The translations under genes and the position numbers were made by a program. The notes below the pieces were generated by a model. It was not told where the DNA came from, did not search any database, and saw only the letters and a list, made by a program, of their open reading frames with translations. Shown here piece by piece: positions 51,170-60,109 of a stretch of DNA of 64,000 nucleotides. Each line of letters begins with the position of its first letter. Position 1 is the stretch's first letter. The stretch comes from Alphaproteobacteria bacterium (GTDB taxonomy: Bacteria; Pseudomonadota; Alphaproteobacteria; Micavibrionales; Micavibrionaceae): the NCBI GenBank assembly GCA_018399685.1, contig JAGYOK010000007.1:10272-74271 (forward strand), written 5' to 3'.

Positions 51170-51208
51170 TCCGCCTTCCGCTACAGGAACGGCGGATTTT
51201 CGTTTTTT
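51170..51208 (+). terminator. intrinsic-terminator-like hairpin in the leader of the LamG gene
   Basis: 10-bp GC-rich stem TCCGCCTTCC / GGAA(C)GGCGGA with one bulge and loop GCTACA, followed by TTTTCGTTTTTT. It ends 5 nt before the AAGGAG RBS (51213-51218). Confidence 0.6.
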
Positions 51209-51222
51209 AGATAAGGAGAAAA

Positions 51223-51975
51223 ATGATGCATTATTTACCACCTGTACAAATCGGAAGATTGAGCAGAATGGGGCTGTATCAGCAGCGTTGTTCAATCACA
51301 GCCATGTCCCCTGCCCTATGGCTTGATGCTGCCGATACCCTTTCGATCATGCAAGATGCAGGGAAAGTCAGCCAATGGAAGGACAAAAGCGGAAACAGCC
51401 AAAACTTTACCCAATCGACGGCTTCAAGCCAGCCCCTTACAGGAAACCAAACAATAAATGGCAAAAACACTCTGACTTTTGACGGTGTTGATGACAAGCT
51501 CTTAGGTGAGCATATAACAGGGTTATATGACGGTTTGACGGCATTTATTGTAACAAACTCCAGATGTTCTGAGAAAACAAGCGGTTTTGGTTTCGCTGTT
51601 GCGATTAATGGATCTGGCTGGCTTGATGGCTCGGAAAATGCCCCAGCTTTGAATTTTTCTTCGGGAGGAGAAGAGCAAGCTAACTGGCAAATTGCAAATA
51701 GAGCGCACTCGACACCACAAAACGAAGAACCCTTTGTGTACGCATGTAGCAGTGATGGTTCTAATATTAACTATTACGCAAACGGCAACAACACAAGCAT
51801 TCACTCTGGCTCATCTTCCTCAGAAGGGGCAGGCCTCTCTTTAATTGGAGGCATTTCCGGAGCAAATTATTTTAAAGGTGATATTGCAGAAATTATTATT
51901 TTTGATCGCGTTCTGACCGAATTCGAGCGTAATAATATTGGTAAGTATCTTGCTAAAAAATGGGGCATCAATTAA
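51223..51975 (+). CDS. LamG/concanavalin-A-like jelly-roll domain protein
   Basis: The pattern PALWLDAADT...VSQWKDKSGN...TFDGVDDKL...GDIAEIIIFDRVLTEFERNNIGKYLAKKWGI is typical of Laminin_G_3-type domains. A strong RBS is present and there is no signal peptide. Confidence 0.65.
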   Translation: MMHYLPPVQIGRLSRMGLYQQRCSITAMSPALWLDAADTLSIMQDAGKVSQWKDKSGNSQNFTQSTASSQPLTGNQTINGKNTLTFDGVDDKLLGEHITGLYDGLTAFIVTNSRCSEKTSGFGFAVAINGSGWLDGSENAPALNFSSGGEEQANWQIANRAHSTPQNEEPFVYACSSDGSNINYYANGNNTSIHSGSSSSEGAGLSLIGGISGANYFKGDIAEIIIFDRVLTEFERNNIGKYLAKKWGIN

Positions 51976-51996
51976 TACATTATCACTTAGCAATAA

Positions 51997-53211
51997 TCAA
52001 ACACATAACACCTCTTCCAAACTTGCCATAATGCTCTCCTTTTTCCATTCAGACGCTGCCCGCTCTTGCCCTTTTTTGCCCATAGTACTTCTCAGGTTTT
52101 TATCTTTAGCAAGATGCAATATGGCTTGTGCAAATAACTCACTTTGTTCCGGAGGCACAGCCAGACCACAACCTTCAACGGCATCGTAAACCTGCGTACC
52201 TTCAGAAGCTCCGGCGACAACCGGACGGCCACTAGCCAAAATGTTTCCAAGCTTTGAGGGCATCACCAGATCCGCCGCCCCTGCTTTTTGCGGTAATAAA
52301 TGGATGTCTGCGGCTATCATCAAGTGCACAAAATCATCCATGGGCTGGAGCGGTAAAAAGGTTATGTTGTCAATGCCTTCCGTGCTTTCAACCATATCGG
52401 AACGCCCTGCTCCATCGCCGCATATCACAAAATGTATGTTCTTTTCTTCTTTTAGAATTTTAGCAGCGTCTATCAGTGTCTCCAAACCCTGCTTCTTGCC
52501 AAGATTTCCCGAATAAACTGCCAAAACACTATCAGGAGTTTTCCTAAATTCCTTCTCCCATTTTCCGCCACCTTTTACAGGATCAAACATGCTGGTATTC
52601 GCCCAGTTTGGGATTAACAGTGCTTTTTCCTCTGCAACGCCTTTTTCAATAAGTTTTCTGCGCATATTCGGAGAAATTGTTGAAACATGAGAAAAAGAGC
52701 GTAACGCGGCTTTTTCCAACTTCAATGCTAATTTATAGAGCCATGGTTTTTTCAACATCCCCAACTGGAAGGCGGCGTCCACTTCAAAATCCTGAACATG
52801 CATACAAGTCTTTGATTTTCCTAACCAGCCAGCCAGAAGGGCTATTGGAGCGCACATTAAAGGCGGAGCTGTTAGTAATATAACATCAGGCCTCTGCCGA
52901 AATGCCAGCCAAAGCATAACAGGCGCAGAAAGCAGCGCAAACGAGGCTAGATGAATAAGCCGTTTAAGGCCGGATGGTTTTGCAGGAACATATAGCGGAA
53001 TGCGGTATACCTTTGCCCCATCAATAGTTTCTCGCCTATAACGCCACGCACTATAACCTTCTCCCACTTGCCATTCCGGATAATATGGCGGAGCACATAC
53101 GACAACAACTTCATGGCCTTTTTCCGCAAACCATGCAGCCATCTCTGATTGATATTTACCTATTCCGGTTCTTTCGGGAAAATGATTTAGCGAATAAAGG
53201 AGGATTTTCAT
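51997..53211 (-). CDS. WcaI-like family 4 glycosyltransferase
   Basis: The N-terminus MKILLYSLNHFPERTGIGKYQSEMAAWFAEKGHEVVVVCAPPYYPEWQVGEGYSAWRYRRE closely parallels E. coli WcaI, the putative fucosyltransferase of colanic acid synthesis. Confidence 0.85.
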   Translation of the reverse strand: MKILLYSLNHFPERTGIGKYQSEMAAWFAEKGHEVVVVCAPPYYPEWQVGEGYSAWRYRRETIDGAKVYRIPLYVPAKPSGLKRLIHLASFALLSAPVMLWLAFRQRPDVILLTAPPLMCAPIALLAGWLGKSKTCMHVQDFEVDAAFQLGMLKKPWLYKLALKLEKAALRSFSHVSTISPNMRRKLIEKGVAEEKALLIPNWANTSMFDPVKGGGKWEKEFRKTPDSVLAVYSGNLGKKQGLETLIDAAKILKEEKNIHFVICGDGAGRSDMVESTEGIDNITFLPLQPMDDFVHLMIAADIHLLPQKAGAADLVMPSKLGNILASGRPVVAGASEGTQVYDAVEGCGLAVPPEQSELFAQAILHLAKDKNLRSTMGKKGQERAASEWKKESIMASLEEVLCV

Positions 53212-53325
53212 TTTGCGTCGATCTTTAAAAAAAGAAATCTTTATAACGTCTTTTTAAAGCTTAAAGGTTGTATTTTTGCAAGGAAAAAGGATAATATTAC
53301 GCTCGATTTATAAAATTAAAACTCT

Positions 53326-54873
53326 TTGGTTTTCATGTTATCACAGCAATATACACAAATAGCCCGGCGTCATTGGAAAGATTTTCTGATATTCGGACTA
53401 TTTTGCGTTACGTTATTGTTTTTGTTCTATCCGGCATTGCAAAGAACATGGGAATCCTGGCAGCAAGAAGAGTACAGCCACGGATATCTTGTTCCTTTGA
53501 TCGGGATTGTCTTGCTGGCCAATAAAGTCTTGCACTCCCCTCCCCAAAAAGCAAACTCATGGCTGGGGTTTGCCGCAATTCTTACTTGTATTATTCTCGA
53601 GTTTTTGTTTTCTTTCTCAGGCATTCAAGGGCTGCAACCACTATTGCTTGTTTGCTTTATGATCAGCTTTTTTCTATTGCTCTATGGTTTGCGTTTCACG
53701 CTTTTTGTAGCCGGGCCACTTGCCTTTTTCTTTTTTCTGGCGCCTCTGCCAAAATTTTTGTACTACACGATTTCTTTCAAAATGCAGATGCTTTCGACAA
53801 GCATCAGCAGGAGTTTATTTGAACTCGCCGGTTTTTCAGTTTTCCAAGATGGCAACATAATCGATTTGGGCATAATCCAACTTGAGGTTGTAGAAGCCTG
53901 CAACGGGTTGCGATACTTGTTCCCCTTGCTGGCCTTGGGATATTTGCTCGTCTATATGTATAAAACCTCTTTCATAAAGCGTGCAATCCTGTTCTTATCA
54001 ATAATTCCTGTCACAATTTTCATGAATAGCGTACGTATATTTATTGTTGGTTTAAGCGCCAATTTATGGGGCGCAGAAATAGCGGAAGGTCTGGTTCATG
54101 ATGCTCAGGGCTGGATCGTATTTTTAGGGTGTTTGCTGATTCTTGCCGGTGAAATAACCTTGATGCAAAAATTTAGCAAAAAAGAGGTTTTTGATTTTGA
54201 CGTGATTTCCCTACCCTCAAGAAAGGCAGCTTGTGTCTTTTTCCCTGTGCCATGGCAAAAGCCGGTTAAAGCATCCATTATATTATTCTTGGTGGCTTTA
54301 GGCCTCCAGACCGCCCTGATATCGAGCAATTTTGCACAAATACACCCTGTATATCTCGAAAAACCCTTGAGCGAATTTCCTATGGAAATCGGCCAATGGC
54401 GCGGCACGCGCAGCACAATGGATCAGGCATCTCTGGATGTTCTGGGCACGGATGAGTATCTGCTTGCTGATTATGTAAATACGGCAGGCGAGTTAGTGAA
54501 TTTATATATGCTGTATTTCCCCAAACAAGACAGCACCAGCAATCAGGCCGTACACACTCCCGAAGTCTGCATCCCCGGCGGCGGGTGGAAGATTGTCTCT
54601 CACACTACAACTGTGATAAATTCCCGGCCTGTTAACCGGCTGATTATCGCCAAAGGATTACAAAAACAGCTTGTTTATTACTGGTTTTTCCAAGGCGATG
54701 AAGTTACCGTAGATGCAGCAGGCTCAAGGCTTTCTATTATCAAACGCGCCGTTTTTGAACGCAGAACCGACGGCGGGATGGTAAGGCTCCTCACCCCCAT
54801 CACCGACGGAGAGGATAAGGCGGAGAAGGTGCTGGAAGACTTTTGGGGAGAGGATGTTAAACCCTTTTTATAA
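53326..54873 (+). CDS. exosortase (EpsH family) fused to a C-terminal EpsI-family domain
   Basis: 515-aa ORF. The polytopic N-terminal half carries the exosortase Cys motif (VEACNGLRYLFPL). The C-terminal half carries EpsI hallmarks (HTPEVCIPGGGW, LVYYWFFQGD). The nominal start is TTG at 53326, with an ATG at 53335. Confidence 0.8.
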   Translation: MVFMLSQQYTQIARRHWKDFLIFGLFCVTLLFLFYPALQRTWESWQQEEYSHGYLVPLIGIVLLANKVLHSPPQKANSWLGFAAILTCIILEFLFSFSGIQGLQPLLLVCFMISFFLLLYGLRFTLFVAGPLAFFFFLAPLPKFLYYTISFKMQMLSTSISRSLFELAGFSVFQDGNIIDLGIIQLEVVEACNGLRYLFPLLALGYLLVYMYKTSFIKRAILFLSIIPVTIFMNSVRIFIVGLSANLWGAEIAEGLVHDAQGWIVFLGCLLILAGEITLMQKFSKKEVFDFDVISLPSRKAACVFFPVPWQKPVKASIILFLVALGLQTALISSNFAQIHPVYLEKPLSEFPMEIGQWRGTRSTMDQASLDVLGTDEYLLADYVNTAGELVNLYMLYFPKQDSTSNQAVHTPEVCIPGGGWKIVSHTTTVINSRPVNRLIIAKGLQKQLVYYWFFQGDEVTVDAAGSRLSIIKRAVFERRTDGGMVRLLTPITDGEDKAEKVLEDFWGEDVKPFL

Positions 54874-56320
54874 ATATGTTCTTTGTTTTTTCGTGCATAT
54901 CTTTTCGTTTCCAATCGGAGCCATAAGTGAATAACAACCAAGGGATTACGGCTGCTACCGAAAAGCCTACGATAGCGGACATAGCGACCATAAGCATCCC
55001 GCGTAAAAAGATCAGGACAAGCCCCGTATAAACCGCTCTTAACAAAAAAGGTAGCGAACGCGGAGCGCCAGCCGATAAGCTGGTCAACTTTGTGACAAGC
55101 AGCCAATAGACTAAGCTGATCGCAATGACACCAAACCAAGAAAAAGCATAATACCCTTCTGCAACCAGTGGTGTTGAGAGATTATTTGTTCCTACAGTCC
55201 TGTGTTTAATCATTGTGTCATAGACCACAAATGCAGTTTGTGTAGGTTTACCCGGCCACAATTTTCTAGGAACAAAAAACAAAATTGATCCTGCAATATT
55301 TTCACCCCAGACAATTCCATCATTTCTTACTGTAAGAACAGCATAACTTGCTGTTTGGACTGCGTCATAATCCATAGAAAGAAGTGTTTTTTCCATTAAT
55401 GTTTTTTCTTGTTTAACAGCCATAGGATTAGGAGTCTCACGGCGGAACACATGAAACAGCGGCGCAGCGATTACACCCAGTATCAAAAACATTGCCAACA
55501 AATGCGTTTTTTTACCTCTGGTCACATAATCAATAAAAAAGAACGCTACGCCTGCTAAATAATAACGTGGACTGCTAATTGGGTTGTTTATTATCAAAGC
55601 CAAAAAAAAGAGAAATGAGAACGATATTATTTTCCGTGTGTTTTTTTCTTCCCATGCGGCACGCAGTCCTATTGTTGCTCCATAAAATGGCGTTAGTTTC
55701 AACAAAGTCAAACAAACCAAAGCTATTGCCTGATCTGTAAAAATTTGCGCCATTACCTTGCCAAAGCCTTCCCGGCTTGTAAAAAGACCATCTTTAAACA
55801 AGAAAATACTTATTAATGAAATAAAAAGTGTCACCCAAAATAAAAGATTGTAATTCTTGTTTAAATTATCAAAATCAATTGCATTTTCTTTTTTCTTAAC
55901 ATCCTGATTAATTGGTAATCTTTGTAAAAAAAGAACGCCCGTTAGTGTAAAAATAAGAGAAATACTTGAAACAATAAGAAGAATAAAATCCATCTCAAAT
56001 ACAGGATCAATTTCTGCACCGGCCTGAACTATGGGAGCCAATGACATAAACAAATAGCAAAACAAAAAAGAAACGAAATGGATGGAAGCATTGCGCCTTA
56101 TGGAAGCTATCATCCCGTAAATAGAAAATGCCCCATTCAGGAATAACAAAAAATATTCTACGGGGAATTCTCCTATCTTTTCTCCGGCAAAAAACAGGCA
56201 GTAAAAAAGCAGCGCGCTTGCACAAACCCCATAAACAAAATTAAAAAATGAAACAAAGCTCATTTTTTGTTTTTCTATTATTTGAGGTGATTTAATATTT
56301 TTATGTGCCGTTAAAATCAT
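54857..56320 (-). CDS. Wzy/O-antigen-ligase-like polytopic membrane protein
   Basis: 487-aa ORF with at least 10 hydrophobic segments, very AT-rich, in a polysaccharide locus. Its start overlaps the upstream gene's stop (ATGA). The family assignment is by context only. Confidence 0.5.
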   Translation of the reverse strand: MILTAHKNIKSPQIIEKQKMSFVSFFNFVYGVCASALLFYCLFFAGEKIGEFPVEYFLLFLNGAFSIYGMIASIRRNASIHFVSFLFCYLFMSLAPIVQAGAEIDPVFEMDFILLIVSSISLIFTLTGVLFLQRLPINQDVKKKENAIDFDNLNKNYNLLFWVTLFISLISIFLFKDGLFTSREGFGKVMAQIFTDQAIALVCLTLLKLTPFYGATIGLRAAWEEKNTRKIISFSFLFFLALIINNPISSPRYYLAGVAFFFIDYVTRGKKTHLLAMFLILGVIAAPLFHVFRRETPNPMAVKQEKTLMEKTLLSMDYDAVQTASYAVLTVRNDGIVWGENIAGSILFFVPRKLWPGKPTQTAFVVYDTMIKHRTVGTNNLSTPLVAEGYYAFSWFGVIAISLVYWLLVTKLTSLSAGAPRSLPFLLRAVYTGLVLIFLRGMLMVAMSAIVGFSVAAVIPWLLFTYGSDWKRKDMHEKTKNIFIKRV

Positions 56321-57798
56321 GGAATATCTTCAAAATTTTTTGTCAAGCATGTTCCCGCAGCAGAGGCGCTTCCACTCCAGTAAGTCAGATCAGTATACCC
56401 GTCAGGTACGCCTTGCATAGTATCGATTTTGGTTGTTCCTGCAAAAGATACGACTTTATTACCGTTTCTGATTAAAGAAAATCTTGGATAGCCATCTTCC
56501 AAAGGGATAGAAAAAGAATGAATCCCCGCATCAATTTTTTTTGTGTATTTGTTTATGCCTATTTCTACTTCAAGCATCGCAGGGGCTGTAAGAAACCCAA
56601 GAAGCTCAATGTTATCTGCGCCCTTGATATAGGAATGTGATGCTTTGGTTTTCTGACCTGCCTTAGGAGACGGTGTATCAACACTCTGTTTGCGATAGAA
56701 ATAATATAGCACATCATGCGTAATTTTCGGCTGTTTACCCGTTAAAAACCATGTGCTGTAATATCCTGTAAGATTATAAAACCCTGTACCAGATGAACCA
56801 TAAAGATCGGTATAAGGAATAATCTGGGTTGTTTCGCCAAAATCATTCCAGGTTGTTAATTGCACCCAATCTGCATTGCCTTCAATAATATCTTCCCATG
56901 ATTTTCTATACGCTAAACTACCCTGAGACTCCCAGAATACATAAGATTTTGGCCTGTATCCTTGGGGACTTATTCCTGCCATATAAATTTTATTCTTGGA
57001 ATGCGTTGTTTCAATAGCGCTCTGTTGATTTTTTCCCATATTAGGAAGCGGTGTTCCAAACGTTCCTGCGCCTTCGCTTATTGGTAAATAATTATTTATG
57101 TATTCTTTTTTTGAACTCAAAAAAGTAAAAAGAAAAGCAACATCAAAGCCCTCTGCCTTTAATGTTTCTTGCAAATCTTCCCATTCATTATAGGGCACTT
57201 TTTCAGACAAAAACGGAGCAAGCACAAGCCGACCATCATCAAAACGATATACTCCTTTTTTATGATATGTCTTTATAATAACCTGTTTAACTTTGTTCGT
57301 ATCCCCTTTAAATGCCGACATATCAGGCATAAGCACGATCTTAAAACGCGGGTCTACAGCTTTTGCAGCAGTAAGCATATTGTCAAGATAACTATCTTTA
57401 TCCAAATCTTCTAATGAAAGAATATTGAACGTAAATCCATTTATTCCTCTTGCAATAGCAAGCTCAATTTCTTTTTTTAAATTTTCGACTTTATAGTTTT
57501 CTGCTTTGGGTAAAACGGACATAGGGCGACTACGCAAATATCCACCCTGCGCTAACCATTTATTTTTCTCTCCATCCGGCCTTAAATATTGTTTGGAATA
57601 GTAATCCCAATCAAACGGCCTGTTATCAAGGGACATAGGCAATCTATTAAAATAATGCGCCAGAACCAGTTTTTCCGAAGTAAGGATGGTTTCTCTGGAT
57701 GGCATAGAAAACGGCAAACATGGATCCTGAGAAAAAGCATTCCCGGAAACAGTCAGGGCGCACAATAAAAAAAGAATTTTGAAAGACAGTATTCTCAT
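56317..57798 (-). CDS. secreted glycoside hydrolase, GH71-like (tentative)
   Basis: Signal peptide (MRILSFKILFLLCALTVSGNAFS). The segment VLAHYF...IARGINGFTFNILS...FKIVLMPD resembles the GH71 N-terminal barrel pattern. The assignment is from memory only. Confidence 0.45.
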   Translation of the reverse strand: MRILSFKILFLLCALTVSGNAFSQDPCLPFSMPSRETILTSEKLVLAHYFNRLPMSLDNRPFDWDYYSKQYLRPDGEKNKWLAQGGYLRSRPMSVLPKAENYKVENLKKEIELAIARGINGFTFNILSLEDLDKDSYLDNMLTAAKAVDPRFKIVLMPDMSAFKGDTNKVKQVIIKTYHKKGVYRFDDGRLVLAPFLSEKVPYNEWEDLQETLKAEGFDVAFLFTFLSSKKEYINNYLPISEGAGTFGTPLPNMGKNQQSAIETTHSKNKIYMAGISPQGYRPKSYVFWESQGSLAYRKSWEDIIEGNADWVQLTTWNDFGETTQIIPYTDLYGSSGTGFYNLTGYYSTWFLTGKQPKITHDVLYYFYRKQSVDTPSPKAGQKTKASHSYIKGADNIELLGFLTAPAMLEVEIGINKYTKKIDAGIHSFSIPLEDGYPRFSLIRNGNKVVSFAGTTKIDTMQGVPDGYTDLTYWSGSASAAGTCLTKNFEDIP

Positions 57799-57857
57799 TT
57801 AATCTATTTCTTCAATATGATATGAAAGGTCAGCTAAAAGCATGATGAGGTTAGCAT

Positions 57858-58952
57858 ATGCCCCAACCAAAACAAGAACAAAAGCCTTCCCTCATCATTG
57901 CCGGGCAGTTTCCGCCGCCGCTGCACGGGTTTTCCTACATCACACAACAAATGGCCAAGCTTTTATCAAAGCAATATAACACCACGATCATAGACCTCGT
58001 ACCCCATACAAAGCGCGGGGGAGCGCTCTACCATGCGCGGCGCGCTTTACTGGCTCTTAAAGGGGCATTTACCATCCTGCGTCATAAACGCAAAACCCCT
58101 GTCTATATCGCGTGTGAAAGCCATTTAGGCCTGCTCTACACAATTTTACTATCCGCAAGCGCGCGCATAACAAAATCCCCGATATACATTCACTATCACA
58201 ACTTTAATTTCATTGACGAGTACAGCCTTTTGATGGCTCTGCTTTTAAAAATACTCGGCAAGAACGCAACGCACATCTTCCTGTGCTCTATCATGGCACA
58301 GCGTTTTGCAGCGCGTTACCAAGCCACAATTAAAAGCGTTGTTATCTCAAACAGTGCCTTTGTTCCGCAGGTCGATGCGCCAATTAAGCCAAAGAGCGAT
58401 GTCATAACGCTCGGCCTTTTAAGCAACCTTAACGAGGAAAAGGGGCTGTCCCTTTTTATCGGCGCGCTGGAAAACGCTATAAATGAGGGGCTAAATATCA
58501 AGGGCATCCTCGCCGGCCCTCCTGTTTCGGAAAATGATCGCAAAACCATCGAAATTGCTCAAGAACGGTTGGGGGGAAAACTGGATTACCGCGGCGCTGT
58601 TTATGAACAGGATAAAGCGCAGTTCTTTAAGGATATCGACGTGTTCGTGTTTCCCACTCAATACTCCAACGAAGCCCAGCCGACCGTGATTGCCGAGGCG
58701 ATGTCTTACGGCATTCCTGTGCTTTCCTGTGAAAGAGGATGCATATGCGATCAAGTCGGTGGGTGTGGCTCCGTTTTTTCAAAAGACAAAGATTTTATCA
58801 ATGAAGCTGTTTTGTGGATCAAGGGAAATGCCGTAAAATTAGATGCTTTAAAGACGGCTTCTAAACAAGCGTTTCTTGATGATCGTGCAAAAGCTTTGGA
58901 AGCGGCACATAACATGTTGATGATTGAACCTCAAACTATAAGGCCACAATGA
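57858..58952 (+). CDS. family 4 (GT-B) glycosyltransferase
   Basis: 364-aa ORF. The C-terminal half carries the E-x7-E-type region (NEAQPTVIAEAMSYGIPVL). Confidence 0.75.
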   Translation: MPQPKQEQKPSLIIAGQFPPPLHGFSYITQQMAKLLSKQYNTTIIDLVPHTKRGGALYHARRALLALKGAFTILRHKRKTPVYIACESHLGLLYTILLSASARITKSPIYIHYHNFNFIDEYSLLMALLLKILGKNATHIFLCSIMAQRFAARYQATIKSVVISNSAFVPQVDAPIKPKSDVITLGLLSNLNEEKGLSLFIGALENAINEGLNIKGILAGPPVSENDRKTIEIAQERLGGKLDYRGAVYEQDKAQFFKDIDVFVFPTQYSNEAQPTVIAEAMSYGIPVLSCERGCICDQVGGCGSVFSKDKDFINEAVLWIKGNAVKLDALKTASKQAFLDDRAKALEAAHNMLMIEPQTIRPQ

Positions 58953-60109
58953 CCGCATCACCAAAACGCATCGACATATGGCATAATATCCTCTGGTCGC
59001 GGTACAAGGGCAGAGTGTTTTCCGCGCTGCACGAACTGGCCGACGCAGAGGAATTCGACATCCGCTTTTACCAGATGGCGGAAACCGGCGGAGACCGCAA
59101 AGGGCTAAGCGAAGTTGACACCTCTTATCACACCTATCCTTATACCTTGCTGTTCAAGGGATCTCTCGATCAGGTGGGCTTTTGGGACAAGCTGCGCGTT
59201 ATTACGAAATGTGCGCTCAAAACCGATGCTGAGTTATCGATACTTACAGGCTATGAAAAACCGGAAGTCTGGGCGCAGATGCTTGTTTTAAAGCTGCGCG
59301 GGAAAAAGATTGTGCTGTTTTGTGATGCGACTATTTACGATCAACCGCAAAACATTGTCAAAGGGCTGGCCAAGAGGGTTATTTTCGGGCTGGCAAACGG
59401 CGTTTTCGGCTATGGCCAGCGCTCACGGGACTATGCTCTGTCTTATGGCGTAAAGCCGGAAAACTGGCACATGAGATGCCAAGCCGCCGCCCTGCCCCAT
59501 GATTATAATGCCGATCAGGTTTTGCAAAAGCGTATAAAAATGGCAGCGCCAAAAGAGGCTCCCCGCTTTTTATATGTCGGCAGGCTATCGCCGGAAAAAA
59601 ATCTGCTGCGTTTGTTAGAGGCGTTTGCGCTTGTGAAAAAGAAAGCCCCCAAAGCCGAGTTAATTATCGTTGGTGGTGGCCCGCAAAAAGAAGAGCTGGA
59701 GCGCCGGGCCGGAGCTTTGGGGCTTGATCCCGCCGCTATTTTGGTAGGTAGTAAAAGCGGAAATGATTTGTTTGACGAATATGCAAAGGCTACGTGTTTT
59801 GTGCTGCCCAGCACTAGCGAACCTTGGGGGCTGGTGGTGAACGAGGCACTGCATTATGGCTGCCCGGTGATCGTGAGCGAGCGCTGCGGCTGCGTCCCGG
59901 AGCTTGTGATTGAAGGGGAGACGGGCTTTACCCATGATCCATTTGATGTTCAGGACTTGACGGGTAAGATGCTCGCCGCTCCAGAACATTTCGCAGATGT
60001 TGAGAAAACCGCGTATGCGTGTCTGGGGTTGATGAGAAGCTTCACTCCCCAAAAAGCCGCAGAGCAGATTTTAGAGGGGGTTAGGAACGCTCTTATTAAC
60101 CTTGGTTAG
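58949..60109 (+). CDS. family 4 (GT-B) glycosyltransferase
   Basis: Contains FLYVGRLSPEKN, LIIVGGGP and the E-x7-E motif (SEPWGLVVNEALHYGCPVIVS). Its start overlaps the upstream GT's stop (ATGA). Confidence 0.85.
   Translation: MTASPKRIDIWHNILWSRYKGRVFSALHELADAEEFDIRFYQMAETGGDRKGLSEVDTSYHTYPYTLLFKGSLDQVGFWDKLRVITKCALKTDAELSILTGYEKPEVWAQMLVLKLRGKKIVLFCDATIYDQPQNIVKGLAKRVIFGLANGVFGYGQRSRDYALSYGVKPENWHMRCQAAALPHDYNADQVLQKRIKMAAPKEAPRFLYVGRLSPEKNLLRLLEAFALVKKKAPKAELIIVGGGPQKEELERRAGALGLDPAAILVGSKSGNDLFDEYAKATCFVLPSTSEPWGLVVNEALHYGCPVIVSERCGCVPELVIEGETGFTHDPFDVQDLTGKMLAAPEHFADVEKTAYACLGLMRSFTPQKAAEQILEGVRNALINLG

Noticed and set aside
51186-51200. GGCGGA within the leader hairpin resembles the ops/JUMPStart element (GGCGGTAG) that recruits RfaH to polysaccharide operons
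   Set aside because: Only the GGCGG core matches and the following bases differ. The sequence is fully explained as the 3' arm of the hairpin.
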